The translations under genes and the position numbers were made by a program. Shown here piece after piece: positions 24,901 to 36,900 of a stretch of DNA of 64,000 nucleotides (position 1 is its first letter; each line of letters starts with the position of its first letter). The stretch comes from Nemertoderma westbladi (lineage: Eukaryota > Animalia > Xenacoelomorpha), in NCBI GenBank assembly GCA_032718475.1, contig JAUCBJ010009156.1, forward strand, positions 25,493 to 89,492. The letters run 5' to 3'. The notes beneath the pieces were generated by a model. The model ran no database searches and was not told the DNA's origin. It saw nothing but the letters and a program-made list of their open reading frames with translations.

Positions 24901-27900
24901 AGTGAAACTTCTAGATCATTGATTGGATAATTATTTTATTGTCCGCAGATGCGGACAAATAAAGTCTTTATTGTCCGCACTTTTGCAGGCAATAAAGGAG
25001 ATATTATAAAGAAATAATATTTGCCATTGACATAAAACTAAAATTGAGAGAATATAAATATATTATAACAAAATGGTCTCACTTGCCGTTTTCTATTGAA
25101 ATATTGTCAACGGATTTCCTTAATTACATGTCCACAATATGTTTTTATTTGCTGGTCTGTTTGTTTGTCCGTTACGGTAGTATTTTAGTTCCAGTCCATT
25201 GGTGTCTGACATTAATTACACTTACCTTTAGATCCGGTCCTTTGGTGTCCGACTTGGTTTCGTATTCCAACAACGATGGTACAGAATTCCCCAACGTTCG
25301 AGCTAACATCGTCTGTATTAACCAAGCTAAGAGTTTCTTTATTAACGGGAGTGGATGGGAAGGGATTATGGGCCTAGCCTACCAACGGTTAGCCAAGGTG
25401 CGCTATATTTTAATCTACAGAGTTACAATCTTTGATACTTCCTGTAAGTTACTATCTAATTATTTGTGGTACAATCCCGTCTGCATTCCATGCTTCTAGG
25501 GGAATAGCTGACCGAACAGCGGGAATAATGGGAGGGGGGGGGGGGGGGGGGGGAGTGCATTATTAATCTGGAAATTTCACCTAAAGTGGAATAGAGAGGG
25601 GCAATTTGAATAATAAAGTAGTTGAAATAAACTTCTAACGAACTTGTACCTTTAATATTTAGCCAACGCCCAATGTAGAACCTTACTGGGATTCCTTGAT
25701 AACTAACAGCGACGTTGCGGATGTGTTCGCGATGCAATTATGCGGTGTAGAAGATCCGGCTTCGTATCAACTCAATGGCGTAATGGTTGGTGAGAAGTGA
25801 TAGTAGTTTATGTCAGAGGTTGTTGGTTTATTATAGATTACCGTGAACGGCCGCGGCCAAATAATATGTGATGTAACTAGAAACTTTCTTAATTTACTGT
25901 TACATTGTTTTTCTTCGCCATTATATTTTGCTCCCCAATGAGTCTAATAATACAATATAAAAACTAAAAAAATTAACAATACTAACTAACAGTGAAACTG
26001 TTTACTGACTGTATGTCACATTTATCGGATTTCTCCCAAACCCTAACGATATAGGCGTATCGAGGTAACAGTACCAACAGTATTAATGTATCACTTTTAC
26101 ATCATCATCGTACCATAATTTATTAATACTGAAAGATTTCCCGCCATTAACACTTAAAATGGTATAATAGCTTAACTATAAATTATGTTTGTTTATACTT
26201 TGTGAAATTTATCGAGCGAGGGCATAGTCAGTGATCTAAACTAAATATAATCTTATGTTTTATTTAGGCCTACCGGTAACCTGTACCACACAATGAATAA
26301 TTATTAACTGGTTTTAGACGTTGGGAGGGGTGTCTGAGAGTCAATACAAAGGGAATATATTGTTTGCCGCAATGTCGAAACAACGATACTACGAAATAAT
26401 TGTAACTGACATCACCGTCGATGGTTCTAGTCTGGAGTTGGATTGCAAAGAATATAACAACGATAGAGCGATAGTCGATAGTGGGACTACCAATTTACTG
26501 TGAGTAGTAGAGCGATAGTCGATATTGGGACTACCAATTTACTGTGAGTAGTAGAGCGATAGTCGATAGTGGGACTACCAATTTACTGTGAGTAGTAGAG
26601 CGATAGTCGATATGGGGACTACAAATTTACTGTGAGTAGTAGAGCGATAGTCGATAGTGGGACTACCAATTTACTGTGAGTAGTAGAGCGATAGTCGATA
26701 TGGGGACTACCAATTTACTGTGAGTAGTAGAGCGATAGTCGATAGTGGGACTACCAATTTACTGTGAGTATGAGTAGTAGAGCGATAGTCGATAGTGGGA
26801 CTACCGATTTACTGTGAGTAGTAGAGCGATAGTCGATATGGGGACTACCAATTTACTGTGAGTAGTAGAGCGATAGTCGATATGGGGACTACCAATTTAC
26901 TGTGAGTAGTAGAGCGATAGTCGATATGGGGACTACAAATTTACTGTGAGTAGTAGAGCGATAGTCGATAGTGGGACTACCAATTTACTGTGAGTAGTAG
27001 AGCGATAGTCGATATGGGGACTACCAATTTACTGTGAGTAGTAGAGCGATAGTCGATAGTGGGACTACCAATTTACTGTGAGTATGAGTAGTAGAGCGAT
27101 AGTCGATAGTGGGACTACCAATTTACTGTGAGTATGAGTAGTAGAGTGATAGTCCATAGTGGGACTAACAATTTACTGTGAGTAGTAGAGCGATAGTCGA
27201 TAGTGGGACTACCGATTTACTGTGAGTAGTAGAGCGATAGTCGATAGTGGGACTACCAATTTACTGTGAGTAATAGAGCGATAGTCGATAGTGGGACTAC
27301 CAATTTACTGTGAGTAGTAGAGCGATAGTCGATAGTGGGACTACCAATTTACTGTGATTAGTAGAGCGATAGTCGATATGGGGACTACCAATTTACTGTG
27401 AGTAGTAGAGCGATAGTCGATATTGGGACTACCAATTTACTGTGAGTAGTAGAGCGATAGTCGATAGTGGGACTACCAATTTACTGTGAGTAGTAGAGCG
27501 ATAGTCGATAGTGGGACTACCAATTTACTGTGAGTAGTAGAGCGATAGTCGATAGTGGGACTACCGATTTACTGTGAGTAGTAGAGCGATAGTCGATAGT
27601 GGGACTACCAATTTACTGTGAGTAGTAGAGCGATAGTCGATAGTGGGACTACCAATTTACTGTGAGTAGTAGAGCGATAGTCGATAGTGGGACTGCCAAT
27701 TTACTGTGAGTAGTAGAGCGATAGTCGATAGTGGGACTACCAATTTACTGTGGGTAGTAGAGCGATAGTCGATATGGGGACTACCAATTTACTGTGAGTA
27801 GTAGAGCGATAGTCGATATTGGGACTACCAATTTACTGTGAGTAGTAGAGCGATAGGCGATAGTGGGACTACCAATTTACTGTGAGTAGTAGAGCGATAG

Positions 27901-30900
27901 TCGATAGTGGGACTACCAATTTACTGTGAGTAGTAGAGCGATAGTCGATAGTGGGACTACCAATTTACTGTGAGTATGAGTAGTAGAGCGATAGTCGATA
28001 GTGGGACTACCAATTTACTGTGAGTAGTAGAGCGATAGTCGATAGTGGGACTACCAATTTACTGTGAGTATGGGTAGTAGAGCGATAGTCGATAGTGGGA
28101 CTACCGATTTACTGTGAGTAGTAGAGCGATAGTCGATAGTGGGACTACCAATTTACTGTGAGTAGTAGAGCGATAGTCGATAGTGGGACTACCAATTTAC
28201 TGTGAGTAGTAGAGCGATAGTCGATAGTGGGACTACCAATTTACTGTGAGTAGTAGAGCGATAGTCGATAGTGGGACTACCAATTTCCTTTGAGTATGAG
28301 TAGTAGAGCGATAGTCGATAGTGGGACTACCGATTTACTGTGAGTAGTAGAGCGATAGGCGATAGTGGGACTACCAATTTACTGTGAGTAGTAGAGCGAT
28401 AGTCGATAGTGGGACTACCAATTTACTGTGAGTAGTAGAGCGATAGTCGATAGTGGGACTACCAATTTCCTTTGAGTAGTAGAGCGATAGTCGATAGTGG
28501 GACTACCAATTTACTGTGAGTAGTAGAGCGATAGTCGATAGTGGGACTACCAATTTCCTTTGAGTATGAGTAGTAGAGCGATAGTCGATAGTGGGACTAC
28601 CGATTTACTGTGAGTAGTAGAGCGATAGGCGATAGTGGGACTACCAATTTACTATGAGTAGTAGAGCGATAGTCGATAGTGGGACTACCAATTTACTGTG
28701 AGTAGTAGAGCGATAGTCGATAGTGGGACTACCAATTTCCTTTGAGTATGAGTAGTAGAGCGATAGTCGATAGTGGGACTACCAATTTACTGTGAGTAGT
28801 AGAGCGATAGTCGATAGTGGGACTACCAATTTCCTTTGAGTATGAGTAGTAGAGCGATAGTCGATAATGGGACTACCGATTTACTGTGAGTAGTAGAGCG
28901 ATAGGCGATAGTGGGACTACCAATTTACTGTGAGTAGTAGAGCGATAGTCGATAGTGGGACTACCATTTTACTGTGAGTATGGGTAGTAGAGCGATAGTC
29001 GATAGTGGGACTACCAATTTACTGTGAGTAGTAGAGCGATAGTCGATAGTGGGACTACCAATTTCCTTTGAGTATGAGTAGTAGAGCGATAGTCGATAGT
29101 GGGACTACCGATTTACTGTGAGTAGTAGAGCGATAGGCGATAGTGGGACTACCAATTTACTGTGAGTAGTAGAGCGATAGTCGATATTGGGACTACCAAT
29201 TTACTGTGAGTAGTAGAGCGATAGGCGATAGTGGGACTACCAATTTACTGTGAGTAGTAGAGCGATAGTCGATAGTGGGACTACCAATTTACTGTAAGTA
29301 GTAGAGTGATAGTCCATAGTGGGACTACCAATTTACTGTGAGAAGTAGAGCGATAGTCGATAGTGGGACTACCAATTTACTGTGAGTAGTAGAGCGATAG
29401 TCGATAGTGGGACTACCAATTTACTGTGAGTAGTAGAGCGATAGTCGATATTGGGACTACCAATTTACTGTGAGTAGTAGAGCGATAGTCGATATGGGGA
29501 CTACCAATTTACTGTGAGTAGTAGAGCGATAGTCGATAGTGGGACTACCAATTTACTGTGAGTAGTAGAGCGATAGTCGATAGTGGGACTACCAATTTAC
29601 TGTGAGTAGTAGAGCGATAGTCGATAGTGGGACTACCAATTTACTGTGAGTATGAGTAGTAGAGCGATAGTCGATAGTGGGACTACCAATTTACTGTGAG
29701 TATGAGTAGTAGAGCGATAGTCGATATGGGGACTACCAATTTACTGTGAGTATGAGTAGTAGAGCGATAGTCGATATGGGGACGACCAATTTACTGTGAG
29801 TAGTAGAGCGATAGTCGATAGTGGGACTACCAATTTACTGTGAGTAGTAGAGCGATAGTCGATATTGGGACTACCAATTTACTGTGAGTAGTAGAGCGAT
29901 AGTCGATATGGGGACTACCAATTTACTGTGAGTAGTAGAGCGATAGTCGATATGGGGACTACCAATTTACTGTGAGTAGTAGAGCGATAGTCGATATGGG
30001 GACTACCAATTTACTGTGAGTATGAGTAGTAGAGCGATAGTCGATATGGGGACTACCAATTTACTGTGAGTATGAGTAGTAGAGCGATAGTCGATAGTGG
30101 GACTACCAATTTACTGTGAGTAGTAGAGCGATAGTCGATAGTGGGACTACCAATTTACTGTGAGTAGTAGAGCGATAGTCGATAGTGGGACTACCAATTT
30201 ACTGTGAGTATGAGTAGTAGAGCGATAGTCGATAGTGGGACTACCAATTTACTGTGAGTATGAGTAGTAGAGCGATAGTCGATATGGGGACTACCAATTT
30301 ACTGTGAGTATGAGTAGTAGAGCGATAGTCGATATGGGGACTACCAATTTACTGTGAGTAGTAGAGCGATAGTCGATAGTGGGACTACCAATTTACTGTG
30401 AGTAGTAGAGCGATAGTCGATAGTGGGACTACCAATTTACTGTGAGTATGAGTAGTAGAGCGATAGTCGATAGTGGGACTACCAATTTACTGTGAGTAGT
30501 AGAGCGATAGTCGATAGTGGGACTGCCAATTTACTGTGAGTAGTAGAGCGATAGTCGATAGTGGGACTACCAATTTACTGTGAGTAGTAGAGCGATAGTC
30601 GATAGTGGGACTACCAATTTACTGTGAGTATGAGTAGTAGAGCGATAGTCGATAGTGGGACTACCAATTTACTGTGAGTATGAGTAGTAGAGTGATAGTC
30701 CATAGTGGGACTAACAATTTACTGTGAGTAGTAGAGCGATAGTCGATAGTGGGACTACCAATTTACTGTGAGTAGTAGAGCGATAGTCGATAGTGGGACT
30801 ACCAATTTACTGTGAGTAGTAGAGCGATAGTCGATATGGGGACTACCAATTTACTGTGAGTAGTAGAGCGATAGTCGATATTGGGACTACCAATTTACTG

Positions 30901-33900
30901 TGAGTAGTAGAGCGATAGGCGATAGTGGGACTACAAATTTGCTGTGAGTAGTAGAGCGATAGTCGATAGTGGGACTACCAATTTACTGTGAGTAGTAGAG
31001 AGATAGTCGATAGTGGGACTACCAATTTACTGTGAGTAGTAGAGCGATAGTCGATAGTGGGACTACCAATTTACTGTGAGTAGTAGAGCGATAGTCGATA
31101 TGGGGACTACCAATTTACTGTGAGTAGTGGAGCGATAGTCGATATGGGGACTACCAATTTACTGTGAGTAGTGGAGCGATAGTCGATATGGGGACTACCA
31201 ATTTACTGTGAGTAGTGGAGCGATAGTCGATATGGGGACTACCAATTTACTGTGAGTAGTGGAGCGATAGTCGATATGGGGACTACCAATTTACTGTGAG
31301 TAGTGGAGCGATAGTCGATATGGGGACTACCAATTTACTGTGAGTAGTGGAGCGATAGTCGATATGGGGACTACCAATTTACTGTGAGTAACAGAGCGAT
31401 AGTCGATATTGGGACTACAAATTTGCTGTGAGTAGTAGAGCGATAGTCGATAGTGGGACTACCAATTTACTGTGAGTAGTGGAGCGATAGTCGATATGGG
31501 GACTACCAATTTACTGTGAGTAGTACAGCGATAGTCTATATTGGGACTACAAATTTACTGTGAGTAGTAGAGCGATAGTCGATAGTGGGACTACCAATTT
31601 ACTGTGAGTAGTAGAGCGATAGTCGATAGTGGGACTACCAATTTACTGTGAGTAGTAGAGCGATAGTCGATAGTGGGACTACCAATTTACTGTGAGTAGT
31701 AGAGCGATAGTCGATATTGGGACTACCAATTTACTGTGAGTAGTGGAGCGATAGTCGATATGGGGACTACCAATTTACTGTGAGTAGTGGAGCGATAGTC
31801 GATAGTGGGACTACCAATTTACTGTGAGTAGTAGAGCGATAGTCGATATTGGGACTACCAATTTACTGTGAGTAGTAGAGCGATAGTCGATATTGGGACT
31901 ACAAATTTACTGTGAGTAGTAGAGCGATAGTCGATATGGGGACTACCAATTTACTGTGAGTAGTAGAGCGATAGGCGATAGTGGGACTACCAATTTGCTG
32001 TGTGTAAATTTAGAAAATTTCCACCACAACCCAACCGCCAACCCTTTACTTTTCACATAATTAATTATTTTTCCCAACTTTCCCCGTTATAGACTAACGC
32101 CTCGTGTTTACGAATCAGTTGTTGAATCATTGGCTGCATCCCGTCCGGACATTCCGGATGAGTTCTGGCGTGGCGAGGACCTTAAGTGTTGGAGTAAGAG
32201 CAGAGAACCTGAATGGGATCGATTCCCTAACATTGAGATCAGTGTAGCCGCCGCTTCCAACTGGACCAACAGTTTAACCCTAACCCTAATCCCCCAGGTG
32301 GGTTGTAACCCTACTCCCCCAGGTGGGTTGTAATCCTACTCCCCCAGGTGGGTTGTATTGTAACCCTACTCCCCCAGGTGGGTTGTAACCCTAATCCCCC
32401 AGGTGGGTTGTATTGTAACCCTACTCCCCCAGGTGGGTTGTATTGTAACCCTACTCCCCCAGGTGGGTTGTAACCCTAATCCCCCAGGTGGGTTGTATTG
32501 TAACCCTACTCCCCCAGGTGGGTTGTAACCCTAATCCCCCAGGTGGGTTGTATTGTAACCCTACTCCCGCAGGTGGGTTGTAACCCTACTCCCCCAGGTG
32601 GGTTGTATTGAACTCCCCCAGGTGGGTTGTATTGTAACCCCACTCCCCCAGGTGGGTTGTAACCCTAATCCCCCAGGTGGGTTGTATTGTAACCCTACTC
32701 CCCCAGGTGGGTTGTAACACTAATCCCCCAGGTGGGTTTTAACCCTACTCCCCCAGGTGGGTTGTATTGTAACCCTACTCCCCCAGGTGGGTTATAACCC
32801 TACTCCCCCAGGTGGGTTGTATTGTAACCCTACTCCCCCAGGTGGGTTGTAACCCTAATCCCCCAGGTGGGTTGTAACCCTACCCCCCCAGGTGGGTTGT
32901 ATTGTAACCCTACTCCCCCAGGTGGGTTGTAACACTAATCTCCCAGGTGGGTTGTAACCGTACTCCCCCAGGTGGGTTGTAACCCTACTACCCCAGGTGG
33001 GTTGTATTGTAACCCTACTCCCCCAGGTGGGTTGTAACCCTACTCCCCCAGGTGGGTTGTATTGTAACCCTACTCCCCCAGGTGGGTTGTAACCCTACTC
33101 CCCCAGGTGGGTTGTATTGTAACCCTACTCCCCCAGGTGGGTTGTAACCCTACTCCCCCAGGTGGGTTGTATTGTAACCCTACTTCCCCAGGTGGGTTGT
33201 AACCCTACTCCCCCAGGTGGGTTGTAACCCTACTCCCCCAGGTGGATTGTAACCCTACTCCCCCAGGTGGGTTGTAACACTAATCCCCCAGGTGGGTTGT
33301 AACACTACTCCCCCAGGTGGGTTGTATTGTAACCCTACTCCCCCAGGTGGGTTGTAACCCTACTCCCCCAGGTGGGTTGTAACCCTACTCCCCCAGGTGG
33401 GTTGTAACACTAATCCCCCAGGTGGGTTGTAACCCTACTCCCCCAGGTGGGTTGTAACACTAATCCCCCAGGTGGGTTGTAACCCTACTCCCCCAGGTGG
33501 GTTGTAACCCTAATCCCCCAGGTGGGTTGTAACCCTACCCCCCCAGGTGGGTTGTATTGTAACCCTACTCCCCCAGGTGGGTTGTAACACTAATCTCCCA
33601 GGTGGGTTGTAACCGTACTCCCCCAGGTGGGTTGTAACCCTACTACCCCAGGTGGGTTGTATTTTGTATTGTAACCCTACTCCCCCAGGTGGGTTGTAAC
33701 CCTACTCCCCCAGGTGGGTTGTATTGTAACCCTACTCCCCCAGGTGGGTTGTAACCCTACTCCCCCAGGTGGGTTGTATTGTAACCCTACTCCCCCAGGT
33801 GGGTTGTAACCCTACTCCCCCAGGTGGGTTGTATTGTAACCCTACTTCCCCAGGTGGGTTGTAACCCTACTTCCCCAGGTGGGTTGTAACCCTACTCCCC

Positions 33901-36900
33901 CAGGTGGGTTGTAACCCTACTCCCCCAGGTGGATTGTAACCCTACTCCCCCAGGTGGGTTGTAACACTAATCCCCCAGGTGGGTTGTAACACTACTCCCC
34001 CAGGTGGGTTGTATTGTAACCCTACTCCCCCAGGTGGGTTGTAACCCTACTCCCCCAGGTGGGTTGTAACCCTACTCCCCCAGGTGGGTTGTAACACTAA
34101 TCCCCCAGGTGGGTTGTAACCCTACTCCCCCAGGTGGGTTGTAACACTAATCCCCCAGGTGGGTTGTAACCCTACTCCCCCAGGTGGGTTGTATTGTAAC
34201 CCTACTCCCCCAGGTGGGTTGTAACCCTACTCCCCCGAGGTGGGTTGAAACCCTACTCCCCCAGGTGGGTTGTATTGTAACCCTACTCCCCCAGGTGGGT
34301 TGTATTGTAACCCTACTCCCCCAGGTGGGTTGTAACCCTACTCCCCCAGGTGGGTTGTAACACTAATCCCCCAGGTGGGTTGTAACCCTACTCCCCCAGG
34401 TGGGTTGTATTGTAACCCTACTCCCCCAGGTGGGTTGTAACCCTACTCCCCCGAGGTGGGTTGTAACCCTACTCCCCCAGGTGGGTTGTATTGTAACCCT
34501 ACTCCCCCAGGTGGGTTGTAACCCTACTCCCCCAGGTGGGTTGTAACCCTACTCCCCCAGGTGGGTTGTAACACTAATCCCCCAGGTGGGTTGTAACACT
34601 AATCCCCCAGGTGGGTTGTAACACTACTCCCTAGGGTCGGTTATGTCGTTAATTTGTTAATTTTACACAATTAAAATATAATAGGTATAATAGTATGAGT
34701 TTATAGAATTATATTTCAATAATATCATTGATCATGACTACACTTTTCCACAGCAATATTTACGCTTACTTCCGCCATCAGAGATGAAGTTGAACTGGGA
34801 TGCAAATGACCAATACTGTTATAAGATTAGTATCAGCCAATCAGTGCACGGTACGGTATTGGGTGCCATGGCAATGACCGGGTTCACTGTAGTCTTCAAC
34901 CGAGCCTCAAAGACAATTGGATTTGCTCACACTACCTGTTCCAGTAAGTAATATTAATTGTACGTACCCTATACATTCTACATTATACAATACATTACTT
35001 TTAGGAGGTTATCTTTTAGCAATTAAATGTGTTTCTGTATATTGAGGGGCGAGCCACGAAGTGAGCGCAACCTTAGCATAGGGGTACCATTAACGAGTTG
35101 TATGTCGTCGTCCAATTTTTGATCGCTAATAGTTCGGTCATTCCTTGATGAAATTAAACTAATCTTAGTACGTATTAGTGTTGCAACGGGATCCCGATCC
35201 CGAAAATTGTGGATCCCGATCCCGTTGCAACACTAGTACGTATCCAGTCCGCCAAAAGTTTAGAAAGAATCTGAAGTTTGGTCAAAAACCAGACAGTGTG
35301 TCAGTCGGTACTGAGTCTAGTGCTGCCTTCGTCTTCGTAGTGTGGGGCCTTCGTCCACGTCCACGTCTACCTACATTTATTATACCAAAGTAAATATTGT
35401 TTGTGTACAAACACACATGAGCAACAATTGCTGGCTTGTTTCCTATTACTAGCCAGTTTCACATAAACATTTATATTATTCTTTTAACAAATAAATATTT
35501 AATTAATCTAATTTTTATTAATTTAAATTAAATAAACAAACAAACTTTACTTACAATATATTTTCCTTAAATTAAATTAAATATTATTCATTTTATTTAA
35601 TTATCATTGAATCTTTTAATAAATACCCGAGTATTTCACCAATCCGTTTCTCTACAAATAGTTAGTTTTCCGTATTCAATGTCGCCTTTTCTTAACAATA
35701 AATCGAGGAATTATCTTAGTTTGTTGCGTTCCGATAATATCAACGGAATTCTTAACGACCGCTATTTGGGTGGCTTTAGCAGGAGATTTAACCTTCTTAT
35801 TTACAGTTTCCAACACAACTGAATGACTTTGTTTATCTTTTACCTTTTTGTGGGAAGGCACGGATGGCACCGCCGTGGTTGCCGCTAAACGGGGCGGTTT
35901 CCTTGGAGTTGAAGGAACAACTTGTTCGAAGTCGTCCATTTCATTATCGCTGGTCGTAAAGAAATTCCCACCAAACACTTGTTTACTATTGTCCGGGTCC
36001 CCGGACACTGTCCGGATATCTTTCTTACCATTTACCTTGGGGGGCCATTTACTTCTACGGTTTATTGATTCTTCTTTCTCTTTTCTCACGGATTTTATTT
36101 CCTTCCCTTTGTATTTATCCCTTCCCACGCTATCTCGCGGTTGGTTATTATCGCTTTCATCTCCCTTTGTATCAACTGCTCCCCCGACATTCGCCTTAGT
36201 TTTACTTCGTTTCGCGGGAGTAAATAATTCCTCGAAGTTATTTTGTCTCTTCTGTTGTACGGGTTTAACGGTCTTGGCAGCCGCAAACAGAGAATCGAAA
36301 TCCACTCGCGTACCCTCAGCGCCGTTTCCTCTCCCTTTGGGACCGCGGACATTCGCTTTACTAAACAGCGAATCGAATGTTGCTGATTTTCCTCCGGATT
36401 GGTGACTATTTCTCACACCGGTTGTGTTACTCGGGGTGGTTGGTGGGTCGGTGTGGGTAGACAGACCCGTCGCTGGGTCGATGTGGGTAGACAGACCCGT
36501 CGCTGGGTCGGTGTGGGTAGACAGACCCGTCGCTGGGTCGGTGTGAGTAGACAGACCCGTCGCTGGGTCGGTGTGGGTAGACAGACCCGTCGTTGGGTCG
36601 GTGTGAGTAGACAGACCCGTCGCTGGATCGGTGTGGGTAGACAGACCCGTCGCTGGGTCGGTGCGGGTTGACAGACCCGTCGCTGGGTCGGTGTGGGTAG
36701 ACAGACCCGTCGCTGGGTCGGTGCGGGTTGACAGACACGTCGCTGGGTCGGTGTGAGTAGACAGAACCGTCGCTGGGTCGGTGTGGGTAGACAGACCCGT
36801 CGCTGGGTCGGTGTGGGTAGACAGACCCGTCGCTGGGTCCGTGTAGGTAGACAGACCCTTCGCTGTGGCTGTAACTCTCACCGCTGCGGCGTCTCCTCCA

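Noticed and set aside
32274-32290. Telomeric repeat (TAACCC)n
   Set aside because: Only about 2.5 units, and they lie within BACE coding sequence (LTLTLI). Not an interstitial telomere.
26464-34631. CRISPR-like appearance of the long repeat arrays (also 5868-6765 and 58606-59059)
   Set aside because: Units are contiguous with no unique spacers, there are no cas genes, and the context is eukaryotic.
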